Shown one piece after another: positions 1 through 13,884 of a stretch of DNA of 64,000 bases. This DNA comes from Ruditapes philippinarum (lineage: Eukaryota): contig NW_026853344.1 in assembly GCF_026571515.1 (NCBI RefSeq), positions 1-64,000 on the forward strand. Reading direction: 5' to 3'. Position 1 is the stretch's first letter, and every line of letters begins with the position of its first letter. A program made the translations under genes and the position numbers. The notes beneath the pieces were generated by a model. It did no database searches, was not told the DNA's origin, and saw nothing but the letters and a program-made list of their open reading frames with translations.

Positions 1-346
1 TACTTTAAGTTCAGTATATGTTTTAGAGCATATCTGTTGTCAAGACTGTCATGTTTGGAAAGCCAAAACGATCAAATGCCTGGTCTCTGTTTAAAACTTC
101 ATTTATATATGTAGCAATATCAGTTCATTTATTTCCAAGATGTCACAAAATATTATGGAATGCCGGTAGGGACATGCCACTTTGCTTATTTGCCAACTAC
201 TTAATTGCTTATTTGCTAATTGCTGATTTGCCAATTTGCTTATTTGCTGATTTGCCATTTTGCTTATTTGCTAATTGCTTATTTGCTTATATACATAAAT
301 TTTTTATGCTATTGTCAGGCGACACGTCCGACTCGCGAAGTTCTTG

Positions 347-1940
347 TTATCCCCCGCCGATGGAATCGGGAGGGGGATATAGTTTTGGCGTTGTCCGTCC
401 GTCCATCCATCCGTCCGTCCGAATTTCGTTTCCGGAGTAGTTCTCTGCAACTACTGGCTGGAATTCAACGAAACTTTATGGGAATCATCAATATCAAGAG
501 GAGATGCGCATATCGTCGGCTTGTTCCGGTCCGACCCTTTAACTCAGAGTTATGGCCCTTGATTAGTTATGTAGTATGCATATAGAGTAAAAATCGTTTC
601 CGGAGTAGTTCTCTGCAACTACTGGCTGGAATTCAACGAAACTTTATGGGAATCATCAATATCAAGAGGAGATGCGCATATCGTCAGCTAGTTCCGGTCC
701 GACCCTTTAACTCAGAGTTATGGCCCTTGATTAGTTATGTAGTATGCATATGGAGTAAAAATCGTTTCCGGAGTAGTTCTCTGCAACTACTGGCTGGAAT
801 TCAATGAAACTTTATGGGAATCATCAATATCAAGAGGAGATGCACATATCGGTGGCTTGTTCCGGTCAGACACTTTAACTCAGAGTTATGGCCCTTGATT
901 AGTTATCTAGTATGCATATAGAGTAAAATTGTTTCCGCACTACTTCTCTTCAACTACTGGCTGGAATTCAACGAAACTTTATGGGAACCTTCAATACCAA
1001 GAGGAGATGCGCATATCGTCAGCTTGTTCGGGTCAGACACTTTAACTCAGAGTAATGGCCCTTGATTAGTTATGCAGTATGCATATGGAGTAAAAATCGT
1101 TTCCGCGCTACTTCTCTGCAACTACTGGCTGGAATTCAACGAAACTTTATGGGAACCTTCAATACCAAGAGGAGATGCGCATATCGTCGGCTTGTTCCGG
1201 TCAGACACTTTAACTCAGAGTTATGGCCCTAGATTAGTTATGCATTATGCATATGGAGTAAAAATCGTTTCCGGAGTAGTTCTCTGCAACTACTGGCTGG
1301 AATTCAACAAAACTTTAGGGGAATCATCAATATCAAGAGGAGATGCGCATATCGTTGGCTTGTTCCGGTTTGACCCTTTAACTCAGAGTTATGGCCCTTG
1401 ATTAGTTATGTAGTATGCATATAGAGTAAAAATCGTTTCCGCACTACTTCTCTGCAACTACTGGCTGGAATTCAACGAAACTTTATGGGAACCTTCAATA
1501 CCAAGAGGAGATGCGCATATCGTCGGCTTGTTCTGGTCAGACACTCCAACTCAGAGTTATGGCCCTTGATTAGTTATGCAGTATCCATATAGAAAAATAT
1601 TTGTTTCCTCGCTACTTCTCTGCTACTACTGGCTGGAATTCAATGAAACTTTATGGGATACTAAGAGGAGATGTGCATATAGTCGCCTTGTTCCAGTCAG
1701 ATACTTATAACTCAGATTTATGGCCCTTGATTAGTTATATAGTATGCATACATCTCATTGGCATTTCCAGATTTTACTATTTAACACAAAGTTATGGCTC
1801 TGTTATTGCCCTGAATATTTATCAAGTTTAAAGAATATTACTGTTTATGCCATGATTAATATATAAATAAAGCCTTATGTCTTCAGTTGTTGTGTTAATA
1901 ATACTCGGCGGGGGATATAAATTCAACGAATTTGCTTGTT
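347..1940 (+). mobile_element. Non-autonomous Helentron/HINE (pearl-like) element with ~168-bp internal tandem repeats
   Basis: 5' TTATCCCCCGCCGA with a subterminal inverted copy TCGGCGGGGGATATAA near the 3' end, a (GTCC)n microsatellite, about 7 units of 168 bp plus a degenerate one, and a 3' hairpin AAATTCAACGAATTT followed by GCTTGTT. Second copy at 10784-11846. Confidence 0.8.
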
Positions 1941-2964
1941 TGATATAAAATAACAAGTCTTTGTAGACTTTATTTCAAGCTCATGAACCTATATCATGTT
2001 ATTATGCTTATAAAGTTTTGTTAATTATAACTAAATCTTGTGACAATTATGATCAATCCATCGATCATTACCTAGAATATAGGTAGAAAGACAGATGGAT
2101 ACATTTTAATCAATTTCAAAAAAATAAATTCAGTTTCAGAAAGTAGTTGTTTTTTTAATTATCTTGAGTTTCAGTTTTAGCTCCACTATTCAGAGAATAG
2201 GGATGCTATTCTACCCACCAATGCATTGGTTTTCTTGGTAACTTGTTTTTCTGTCATATCTCTGTTACTTTTGCTGATTCATGCATCTTACTGCAACTTT
2301 GCATAAACTTTGCGTTACAAGCATGCATACAAAGTACATGAAGAAGTTGTGCCCGTTATATACTGAATGTCAAAGTCACCAATGTATTGTACTGAGAAGC
2401 CTTTATTTTTCTGTCATATCTCTGTTACTATTGCTTATATCTAACTGTAACTTCACATAAGCATTAAATAGGCAGCATGCATACACAATATTCAAAGAGG
2501 ATTTGTCCATTAAACCCTAGGTCATGATCATGGTCATGGTCACCTGATAGCATGTAAAATGTACAACATGAAGAAATGGAAAAGTGTGACCAAATTTCAA
2601 AAACTTTGAACCAAAGCAAAATGTTGATGCACACACAGACATAAGTGATCTCAAAATCTTACAGAGCTAAAAACGATGCCTATTGCTTTAGTGCAAAGAC
2701 AAACACCCTTTTAAGCATGCGCCAAATGTATCATTCTTGATACTATATGTTCGTACCACTAAAATGAGGCCCTCTGTGACAAATCTGCTGAGAATAACGA
2801 CATTTTATATGTCATAAAATAAGAAATAGTTTTGTTTTCAAGTTCTTTTATTTTCAATCTTTACCCAATAATTTTCACTTATATATGACTAATCAAGTGT
2901 TTATTATGCCATCAATCTCTGACTTAAGCTGCACAAACAGATCTATAGCTGCAACACATTATAA

Positions 2965-3292
2965 GGCATTCTCAAGCACAGATGCTGGCGGGTCAGATCC
3001 TGCCCCTAACGTGATACGCGTCTGTAAACACTATATCAAAACTATTTTAATATTTATTTAAATACGAATTGGACATTTGTTACAACGATAAAACCATTAA
3101 GTACTTTATTGAGACTTGGTGGTATATGGTATTTTTTCATACCGGTATATGTAAAAATTGCTTGAAAACCAGTTTTAACGATGTCCAATTCGTGTTTAAA
3201 TATTAATATTATTTTAAATAGAGTGTTTACAGGGGCACGTATCATGTTGGGGTATGGGATCTGACCCCCAAGCGTCTGTGTTCTAAAGGACA
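2965..3292. mobile_element. MITE-like element with ~70-bp imperfect terminal inverted repeats
   Basis: CACAGATGCTGGCGGGTCAGATCC...CGTGATACGCGTCTGTAAACAC is mirrored by GTGTTTACAGGGGCACGTATCATGTT...GGATCTGACCCCCAAGCGTCTGTG around an AT-rich core. Confidence 0.55.
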
Positions 3293-4264
3293 TGTCAGCC
3301 ATCAGTTGTAGACATATATCTGCGTAGGCATCACTGCAACTAAATTCATTGACCAACAGTATTCTTGGGAAAACACTGAATTTACAAGAATACTGTTGGT
3401 CAAAGTTAACAGATCTGAATCAACTGGTTGTCTGTAGTCAGATTTTCCATATACTTCCGGCACAGTGTAAACCATTTCTATTGCAAAAAAGTAAATTAGC
3501 AATTGGCAAAAAAGCAAATACGTAAACCAGCGGTTAACAAATAAGCAAATTAGCAATTCAGCAATTGGCAAATAAGCAAATTTGTCGTTAAGACTATCAG
3601 CCATTAGCAAATAAGCAAATCGGCAATTATCAAATAAGCAATTCAGCAATTGGCAAATAAGCAAATTGGCATGTCCCTACCGACATTCCATATAAAATAT
3701 ACATTTCAAAGTAACAATCGAATATATTTTCGTCCGTAACAAAAAACGGAAAGTGTTCCTGGTATCACGGTGATAGGGCGTTTAACGCAACGTCACTATA
3801 TTGTACTTCTGACTGAGACACCGTATGTTTCTGTCATACAAAATGAATGTCAAGCCTGCATACGACAAAAAAAAAAATGATAATTTGCCCAAAACAAGGT
3901 ATTTATAGTAGATGAATTATGTTGAAGTGTATGCTTTCCTACTGTATTCGATAGAACGTTTCGGCTGTCAATGTTGTATTTAATTTAAATCTTTACCTAT
4001 TTACGACACTTTTTTTTCCAAAGATTCTTTGTATTTAATTTTAAAATAAATGAACATAACTCGTTCGTTGAGTGTTTTTCATCTTGTTTCTTCCTTTTTT
4101 ATTCAATTTTGATACCTTTTTTAAACTCCGAAATCTTAGTCGCCACGTCCTTAAATTACTGGGGTCATTTGTAATTTAAAATTAATTTATTTTTATTTGT
4201 TGTATTTCAATGTTTGCTCATTTCAAAATTAGAATATTTCTCCTCGATAAATATCTTTGAATGA

Positions 4265-5520
4265 TTACCCAGTGAAATATCCTTTAACTGAAGGTAATTC
4301 TTTATCAAGTTTTATCAGCAATTCCTTTGCTTTTTCAACTGCATCAGTGCTAGAATTTGCTAAAACTACATTATCTAAGCCAGCAGTCCATGTGGTGTGA
4401 TAGTTAGATATTTTACGCTGTTTGTTATCAATATATACGTGGGGGATATTGAGAAGTGTTGATAGAATATGACCGTGAAGACGATCAGTGATTACTACTC
4501 GACCTCTCTGTAAAAACATCATTCCATTGGTTGTCTTAAGAAACGAGTCTTCCATTGGCGAGTCCCCACGATGGGTTTTCCATATTAACCAATCAGAAAC
4601 GTGCATACGATAACCTTCCGGAGCTGCCGGTGTATTGTAGTGTGGAGACTCTTTATCGGTGCGCTTTAACCAAAGTATATCGAACGTTGGATGCATGAAG
4701 CGAGGAACGAAACCAATCTGGTAGGCAATATCTGGTGATAATAGGGAACGTACGTTAGGGAAGAGCTTCTTGCCAAGCTCGAAAGATACCTTATCTCGCC
4801 ATAGAAACGTAAGCTTCGGATGAGATGCATATATTTTCTGGCAGAACTTAATGTGAGAATCTGGTCCCATTGTCAAAATACTTTGTGGAAACATGACAAT
4901 GTTGAACGGCATGAATCGTTTTATTTGTTTACTACGAGAAAAATCTGACGAAGGCCAACCAATGACATTTCCGCCACCATGAAAAAGAATGACAAGATCT
5001 TTACTTGTATAATTTTTACTGATGTTATGAGCTCTGTATATTTGATTGTCTGTGCAAAATACTTTACATGCAAACACAATTTCGATTTTGAGTTTCCTCA
5101 AAAGCAATGTTTCTCCAACAGTAATCGCCGAGTCACCTTTGTTTTCCGAGGTAGAATAATCGAATAGCATTGCATATTTATACCCGCCCAACAGGGACTT
5201 GAAAATATTCATGTGAATTCTCTGAGCTTCGTCAATTACATCTGACCGTTTTGTATGTAATGGAGAAAGTTTATTAGTTTCTTCTGGATTGTGTACTAGA
5301 TCTAATGATAGGAAGTCTATGATGTTGAATGTCGCTTGCTTTGACAGAGATAAATTATTCCACAACAATTTATAGCTATCATTGTTTACATCAGTATATT
5401 TCATTTTATGTTTTGGTAGCCCTAACATCATCTTCGGTATCTCGAAGACTTGATATACTGCCAGAATAGCCAAAGTGAAAGTAACCGAAGTAAAGAAATG
5501 TCTCCTGTACCCCATCACAG
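4265..5520 (-). CDS. Polysaccharide pyruvyltransferase exon, copy 1 (Pvg1-like, N-terminal signal-anchor)
   Basis: Open 417-aa ORF with family motifs NKGD, GGGN, PQS, RD..S, PDIA and TDRLHGHI, and a hydrophobic N-terminal segment. Acceptor TATTTCAG| lies immediately upstream (AG at 5522-5521). Confidence 0.9.
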
Positions 5521-5898
5521 CTGAAATATAAAAACAAAGTTCAGTTTGATTCTAGATGATACTTTTTATATACAGGTACTTTCGTTTTTCTGAGACTTTT
5601 TCGAATAAATTGATACAACAATTGAACAACAACAACAACCATAATTGATGTAAGAATATTTTACTTAGACTATATAAAATGAACTAGTCATTTTCTACAT
5701 TTGATAATGAAAATATTATATATAATGTGTAACATCTCAAATAATGAAGTATATGTCATGGTTCACAACAAAATAGTTTACGCCTTAATATATTAATATA
5801 TATATTTATATATATAAAGGACTAAAGAAAGAAGGAATAACAAACCCATTAAGAACTATCATTAGTATCATAATGGTGTTACAGATTCTTCAACTCAC

Positions 5899-6814
5899 TT
5901 TTCAATATCTTACTTGACCCTTCGTTGATTTGGTTACTATTTAACTCTCGTAGTATAGAAAACGCATAAATTGCAAGACCTTTTACACAAATGAAAAGTT
6001 CAATGAAATTTACGATTGACGATGTTTTTGAGCCTGTTACGTATAATAAACCAAGAACAGCAAGTCTTTTCAAAATGTTTCCAAATGCATGACCAACAAC
6101 GGAGAAATGGTGAAGTACAACTACCGTAGATATGTAGCTATAAATAGCATGAAATAAAGAAGATCCTATGAGAAGAAAGTATAATTTTGCGGTTCCTGGG
6201 GGTGCTGTCCCGATATCAAAAAGAACCAATGCTCCTACGGCAAAAACAACAAATAGTCCATATCCAATAATGGTTTTGTTGATTATGAACTTAGAATGTG
6301 ATATGTGATTCTTTTTCATGTACACGTTTCTCAGGGATAAACATATATTAGAAATAAACGCTAGAACCGTGGCTTAGGAAACATTTAACTTCAATGTGTT
6401 ATTTTCTTGTGCAAATAATATTGCACCAAAAGCAACAGTTGGAATACTGATCCATTGTAGATATGGCAGTCTCACTTTCAGAATTATTTTTTGTAATAAA
6501 GCACTGGTGACAGGTTCCATGAGTTTAATAGAAAATGTAGAAGCCGCATATGTAACAGCCATGCTCCAGTTTGTCGCTAAAGTTGCGCATGCATGAGCAG
6601 TGAAAATGACAAGCTTGTGAACCATATCTCCTTTATTTGTGTCACCCGTAAACGATGCTACTTGCATGTAGAAGAACATCTGTAGTGCACTTAAAACAAT
6701 CACACTGTATTCTCTTTCATGAATAAACGATGTCGATTCTATGAGAAATAGTTTCGCACAGAAATGGCATGCAAACGATGTTAACGTTCAGAAAATGAAA
6801 ACGAACATCATCAT
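5899..6814 (-). pseudogene. TPT/PEP-translocator-family transporter exon, copy 1, with two in-frame stops
   Basis: Colinear with the intact copy 4 exon (IKLMEP, SLRNV, GNILKR). TGA replaces Trp at 6790-6788 and TAA replaces Lys at 6376-6374. Donor A|GTGAGT is at 5898-5893 (intron 5898-5521). Confidence 0.85.
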
Positions 6815-8909
6815 TTGGCTAAAACCTCCCAAGCTATGAAAAGAAGAATACAAAATCAAGGTTAGATTAAATGGTAACAGTTAATGTAAGTATAACTTGA
6901 AGTAAATATTTTCATATTTATTTCAAGATATAGTGTAAGTAAAAATATAATTTATATGTGTAAAATGCATAGTGCATACCTCTTTTCAAATTGTTACTTT
7001 TGTCGCATTTTTAGATTTATAAGTTAGTATAATATTTGGCAGAATTGACTTAGATATTTGAATATGCAATTTCAAGATCATCTGATTAGAATAAAAGGAA
7101 ATAAAAAGTAAACACCAAACACTTACTATAATCTTGTATGGCGAAATAGACGAACTATATTGCAATTTTATATCATGGTTCAATTAAACTACATTTATAA
7201 TTTTCGTTCGCTTGTTTTGTTTTAATCGCAATTCAACATATATTCGGTTATATATGCTTTATAAAATTCGCTTAGGCCTATATTATATTTCTTGTTATCA
7301 AGTTTTCTGATATTTGTGGAGATACACTATTATCATACACATTTTGTCTTTGATATCCATGGTTTAACGTTTGATCTTAACTATTTATGCGGTTGAAACA
7401 AGATTGTATCAACATAATTAAGATAATTGTGATCCAAAGTCAAAAATATCTTAATTATATTAATACATAAAAGAACAAATTCTGTTAACTTTTAATCGTT
7501 GTAAAAGAAAAACCTATCTGAATTCGAATCACATCAGGTGATACCGGTATTTTAAAAATATCTTAAATAATTGTAAATTATATGCATTTTAATTGTTTAT
7601 TCTGATTCAAATTAGAAACAGCGTTCCTTATAGAACTTGCAAATTCGCCACTTATTTTCGTCTTATGAAAAGCGGCGTATGGTCACCAAATAAAGAAATG
7701 TTAGATTTTGTTTTTAGTTTCATAAAATACTAATATAATAGCAGTGATTGAGCCAGAAATAATAGTTAAGAAGTTCTGCTCATTCGAACAAATCTCCCCG
7801 AAGGAAATGGTTCTTCCGGTGAGAACTTAAAAGTTAACATATAAATTAAATATTGCATGATATAAATGCGCCTTCGATCAGTACTTTAAGGACATTGTTT
7901 TTTTCTATTGGATAGCTTTTATTACGGTATTTATGGAATAAAATCTATCTAGAGCGCTCTGTTGATTTAATGCAATGAAGTATGACTTAATCAAACCGAA
8001 TCCGCAATTTTCATTTAATTTTGTTGTGATTAATGCTTCCGATGGATCACTTAGTGTCCAAAATTATAAAAATACTTGCCTACTTATTTCTTGAAATACA
8101 TTGTATACTCAGTAAAAATATTTTACGCTGTTTTTAAGATCTAACGGGATAGAATTTAAGGTATACAGGAATTCCTCTCTGAAGAATTTTCATTTGGAGT
8201 GAGTATACAAAGTTTGCATGAGGTGTTGGAAAAAGCCCTACTGGAAGTTAAATTTTTGTTCACTTTTACTTTTCCTGTCTGGTCATATTATTTTTTTTCT
8301 TTAGAAAAATCAAGGTTGAAGATGAATTTTTATGTATTTTTTAGCATAAAATGAGTGAAATATGGTAGTTTTACAACTCAAAATGTCATCTCCAAATCTC
8401 CAATCAATCTCCAAATCTGGATGATACCTCCTCCTCAAATGTTTAAAATTGTATCTCGATAAAAATTATACGAAGCTATAAGGTTATCCCATTGACAGAT
8501 GTCAAAAGGACCGATTTCCTCCACGCACCCTCTTTCCTTTTTTAATTAAATTTGATATAGTGTTAAGATATAAAGTTAAAAAAACTTTTGAACAGAAACC
8601 TTGTCAAACATTATCATTTTCATCAGCGTTTTTCATTGCAAAGCGATGCGTCAGATTTTGCTGGTAAGTAAAAACAATGTAACAATAAATTTTGATACCA
8701 TACCTGTCTTTATGGATACAAATAAAATCTCTACACAACTTGCAACACATAAGTTTTAAGGATAAATGGCCTCATGTGTGATAGAACAAACTATTATGTA
8801 ACAAAGTAATATGTAAATGATAGAAACTTTAACGGCTGTCAACAGCTTTCAATCTAGTTATCAAAAGTAGTTAAGTATACGAGGTTTCTGGATCAATAAC
8901 AAGAAAGTT

Positions 8910-9110
8910 GCGGCGTGGCCGAGTGGTAAACGTGTCGGACTAGTAATCTTCGGATTGCTGAACGCATTAGTTCATACCCCGTCAGGGGCAAGCATTTGGT
9001 TCCTTGAGCAAGAAACTTTAAATTCATTGCTTAGTGCTGGTTTGTTCCAGGAACGGATTTGAGAATGTTAGGTACCAACACAATCGAACTAAAATAAGTT
9101 TGTATAATAA
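8910..9110 (+). mobile_element. Degenerate tRNA-derived SINE
   Basis: A-box GTGGCCGAGTGG, a decayed B-box (AGTTCATACCCC) and the core TCCTTGAGCAAG. Confidence 0.55.
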
Positions 9111-10783
9111 ACTAAAAGTAAGAAAATTTCAAGAACATAATTTGCAAAGACAATTCAAAGAAATTATTCTTAACTTCCTAAGCTTAAGAAATAACAATAT
9201 CATTATTTTCAAAAAATCAATACTTTCCAACTCTACAAAAGAACATTTTTTTCTGAAAGCCTGTATTTAAGCATGTGAAATCAATGTAATTTAATTAATA
9301 ATAAATTTATGATTTCAACAATCAACAATCAATGGGCCCTCGACCCCCAAGCTTCATTGGTTAAGCTTATTTATGACATACAACATGTTGATTTTAACAG
9401 TGTTTAAACCAATTGCCATATTTTTTGCACAAAGTTTCTTGCCTAACCTATTGAAAAAGTGTACACAGTTATATATCAAAAGACTTAAACATATACGACG
9501 AAATTACAAATTACTGATCACAATACTGAATTTAATTTCATAACTTATTAAATATAAACAATGAATTTTCAGCGTTTGAACAACGTGATGTTCCAAAAGA
9601 AATCGTTATCGGGTCCAATCTTATCAATTTAGTTTCGTTTCCATTTCCAGAGTGCAAAACATTCGTTTTTAATGCATATCTCGCCCCCTTAGCCTCGTTT
9701 TTTATTTTCTTGAAGACCAAAACTATCTATTTAAAATTCATATCGTACTCCATATAGCCTCAATTCAAATTTCATGGTAAAAATATATATTAATTTCATG
9801 TCCAAAAGAATTCACTATTGAACTAAACAGTGAATAATAACCTTATTTTAATGGACGAATACGCTGCTGTTTAACCTATATTGGACCAGGCGCCTATGAA
9901 AGCATTTAGAGCTGTGTACAAGACCAAAAGTATCAATATTGTATTTAAAAATATGTCAATAAATTTTTTTTTCACACCACCATGTTTTGACATTATTTTG
10001 ATTTTTAAATATTTAAACTCTGAAAATAAAAACTAGACTAAATGGAGTATAACTGTGATTTGATAATTTTGGGTCTTGGAAAATAAAAAAAGCTCAAATA
10101 TATACTGCAAACGGTAAAGTTCATTGGTCGCAAATTATTAATTCTAACATGTGAACGGGTAAAATGTTTTGATTTTGATTAAGCCGACCATGTTGTATGT
10201 AACAATATTCGCTGATAATTCTACCTGAGTTTATTTCATTTCGCGATTTCAAAAGCAGATTATATTTATTTATCTTATATGATACATGTTATGTAAACTA
10301 CACATATACCTTGACATCCATATGTTGCCAGTTTATATAGATTATGTCTGATGTTCTCTGCTCATCTTTTTATTGTTTTTTTTTATTGTTGTCAATGTTA
10401 TACACTCAGAATGCTTGGATTTAAAATTCTTAAATCATCATCATATTGTCTCTCTATATGGTATTTTTTTTAATTTGAATATTTGTTAATATCTTCATGA
10501 GCACATCTGCGGATATATCTAAATTCTTAATGTCATGATTTTCACACTGATATGTTGAACAGACTCAATCAAGTCGAGACCGCAAAATGATGTTCCTCAA
10601 AGTTTCTGTTTTATCTTTAAACTCATTTCAAAATTAAAGGGTTAAAGCTATATCTTATGAAATATTTTTTTTTATAAAATCTATCAACAGTAAAATAATG
10701 TTCACGTAGTTTCATAATTGTCGTGAACGATATTCTTTTATTTTGTTTGTTAATTGGTTTTTGTTCGTTTATCTCCATATTTA

Positions 10784-11846
10784 TTATCCCCCGCCGATGG
10801 AATCGGGAGGGGGATATAGTTTTGGCGTTGTCCGTCCGTCCTTCCGTCCGTCCGTCCGAATTTCGTTTCCGGAGTAGTTCTCTGCAACTACTGGCTGGAA
10901 TTCAACGAAACTTTATGGGAATCATCAATATCAAGAGGAGATGCGCATCTGACCGTCCGTTCGTCCGTCCGTCCATCCGTCCGTCCGTCCGAATTTCGTT
11001 TCCGGAGTAGTTCTCTGCAACTACTGGCTGGAATTCAACGAAACTTTATGGGAATCATCAATATCAAGAGGAGATGCGCATATCGTCGGCTTGTTCCGGT
11101 CAGACACTTTAACTCAGAGTTATTGCCCTTGATTAGTTATGTAGTATGCATATAGAGTAAAAATCGTTTCCGCGCTACTTCTCTGCAACTACTGGCTGGA
11201 ATTCAACGAAACTTTATGGGAATCATCAATACCAAGAGGAGATGCGCATATCATCGGCTTGTTCCGGTCAGACACTTTAACTCAGAGTTATGGCCCTTGA
11301 TTAGTTATGCAATATGCATATGGAGTAAAAATCATTTCCGGAGTAGTTCTCTGCAACTACTGGCTGGAATTCAACGAAACTTTATGGGAACCTTCAATAC
11401 CAAGAGGAGATGCGCATATCATCGGCTTGTTCCGGTCAGACACTTTAACTCAGAGTTATGGCCCTTGATTAGTTATGCAGTATCCATATAGAAAAATATT
11501 TGTTTCCTCGCTACTTCTCTGCTACCAACGGCTGGAATTCAATGAAACTTTATGGGATAGTAAGAGGAGATGTGCATATAGTCGCCTTGTTCCAGTCAGA
11601 TACTTATAACTCAGATTTATGGCCTTTGATTAGTTATGTAGTATGCATACATCTCATTGGCATTTCCAGATTTTGCTATTTAACACAAAGTTATGGCTCT
11701 GTTATTTCCCTGAATATTTATCAAGTTCAAAGAATATTACTGTTTATGCCATGATTAATATATAAATAAAGCCTTATGTCTTCAGTTGTTGTGTTAATAA
11801 TAACCAGTACTCGGCGGGGGATATAAATTCAACGAATTTGCTTGTT
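10784..11846 (+). mobile_element. Second copy of the HINE/pearl-like element, with fewer 168-bp units and a duplicated head
   Basis: Near-identical to 347-1940. It sits at a TT within ATCTCCATATTTA..TTAATCTTATG, which is empty in sister units (~30265-30290, ~35770-35790). Confidence 0.85.
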
Positions 11847-12660
11847 AATCTTATGTACGCCAGTAAGGCGCAGTTTATAAGTAGTTAGCGGAGCATTGTA
11901 CATGAGATTTTTATAAGAGGAGCATTTAATGGCGGAGTATGTTTGTGACAATTTTCTCCTGCAACGGAGTATACTCATGGATTTCATGATATTCACATGA
12001 ACTTACGAAGAGTTTAAAACTTTTCATATATTCTCATGCATTTATTCGTTTACTTTCTTTCGGACAATTTAGACGCTAATGGCAAAGTTACAAAATGTGG
12101 TTACTTATCACTAGGATATAATTTGATATTTTGAATACAAACTGTAAAAATATATTTTCTTTTTCAATGTGGCTAAAAGTTTAATGTTTATTTTTTAAAC
12201 TTAGAAATAAAGAGATGTCAGCAACAATATTTCTATTATTAATTCTTGAAACAATAATAACATTACCTAACATAGAATGTCTCTGTTATTTAACACACAT
12301 GGATATTGCAGGGTAACGGAATAAAATGTTGCTATTTTAGTTGGAATTTGACCATTTAGCGATCATTCTGTGCATGCGTCATTTGCTCTTCAGGACATAA
12401 ACATGCATATATCTTTCAAACCGATATTTAACAATTATTCATTTTCAAATCCAACCAATAATTTGTAGCGGAAACGTAAACTTTGTATGCTTTAAGTGAA
12501 GTTTTGAACAACATCGTTTCACATTGTAACACGTTTATAAATCAATATAGGCGTCACATTATTTCACTTTGATAAAAAGCATATATTAGAAATGTACAAT
12601 TTTGCTTTACGTATGTTCAATCAACAATAACTATAAAACTTAAAAATAACCCTTTTCCAA

Positions 12661-13556
12661 ATGATGTTGTTTGTTTTCATTGGCTGGACAATAACATCGT
12701 TTGCATGTCACTTCTGTGCCAAACTATTTATAAAGGAATCGACATCATTCATTCCTGGAAGTTGAAATAACATACATGTAATTGTTTTTACTGTTCTACA
12801 AGTGTTCTTCTACATGCAAGTAGCATCGTTTACGGATGACAATGATAAAGGGGGTTATGGTTAACAAACTTGTCATTTTCATTGCTCACGCATGCGCGAC
12901 TTTAGCGACAAACTGGAGCATGGCTGTAACATATGTAGCTTCTACATTTGCTGTTAAACTAATGTAACCTGTAACCAGTGCTTTATTACAAATTTTTTTC
13001 TAAAAATCGAATTGTCAAATCGACAGTAGATCAGTATTCCTGCTGTTGTTTGTGGTTCAATATTATTTGCTCAAGAAAATAACACATGGAAGTTAGGAAC
13101 TGTTTTTGCGTTTATTTCTAATATATGTTTATCCCTGAGAAACGTGTACATGAAAAAGAATCACATATCACATTCTAAGTTCATAATTAACAAAACCCAT
13201 ATTGGATTAGGACTATTTGTTATTTTTGCCGTAGGAGCATTGGTTCTTGTGAACATCGGGATAGCACCCACAGGAACCGCAAAATTATACTTTCTTCTCT
13301 TAGGATCTTCTTTATTTCATGCTATTTATAGCTACATATCTACGGTAGTTGTACTTCACCATTTCTCTGTTGCTGGTCATGCATTTGGAAACATTTTGAA
13401 AAGACTCGCTGTTCTTGATTTATTATACGTAACAGGCTTTAAAACATCGTTAATCGTAAATTTCATTGGACTTTTCATGTGCAACAGGCATGACAATTTA
13501 TGCGTTTTCTAAATTACAAGAATTGAATCAGCATCAAATCAACAAAGAGTTTCAAA
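12661..13556 (+). pseudogene. TPT/PEP-translocator exon, copy 2, with multiple stops and frameshifts
   Basis: Homologous to 31108-32011 but carries GGA>TGA (~12763), an extra G in a G-run (~12850), GAA>TAA (~12965), TAC>TAG (~13027) and deletions. Donor A|GTGAGT at 13557 is retained. Confidence 0.88.
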
Positions 13557-13884
13557 GTGAGTGAAAGGAGTTATAATATATCATTATAAAGCTGTTCACA
13601 TTTCTAATTCTAAACCTGCTGATTTTGTGTTATGACTTAGCTTAGCTTTATTTTAGAATAGTCCATTGAAAGTTTTAGATACTTCAGTATCAAAATACAA
13701 TATTAAATTACAAAAAGCAAAGAGCCAGGTCAGATTTAACTGATATAATACATATATTTGTAGTTGGTTGCCATAGGTTAATTTATCCCTAACATATGCT
13801 ATGTCATTTAGAAAGACATAAGATAAAGTCTCAGAAAAAGATGGTTTTTTCAAGAATAAAACCAAATTTTATTTTATGTTTCAG

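Larger units (their letters stand above)
154..3692. mobile_element. Non-autonomous foldback-like DNA transposon with TIRs, subterminal tandem repeats and nested elements
   Basis: TATGGAATGCCGGTAGGGACATGCCA at 154-179 is mirrored by TGGCATGTCCCTACCGACATTCCATA ending at 3692. Each end has inverted arrays of TTGCTTATTTGC/GCAAATAAGCAA (~180-290 and ~3490-3665). Flanks CAAAATAT (146-153) and TAAAATAT (3693-3700) look like an 8-bp TSD with one mismatch. No transposase ORF. Confidence 0.65.

Noticed and set aside
51-1831. ORFs at 51-440, 220-585, 1072-1401, 1601-1831 and 10723-11754
   Set aside because: Chance frames in HINE satellite units and low-complexity subterminal repeats.
6374-6790. Selenocysteine or stop-codon readthrough rescuing the copy 1 transporter
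   Set aside because: The TGA replaces Trp and the second stop is TAA replacing Lys. Both are single-base nonsense changes relative to the paralogs.
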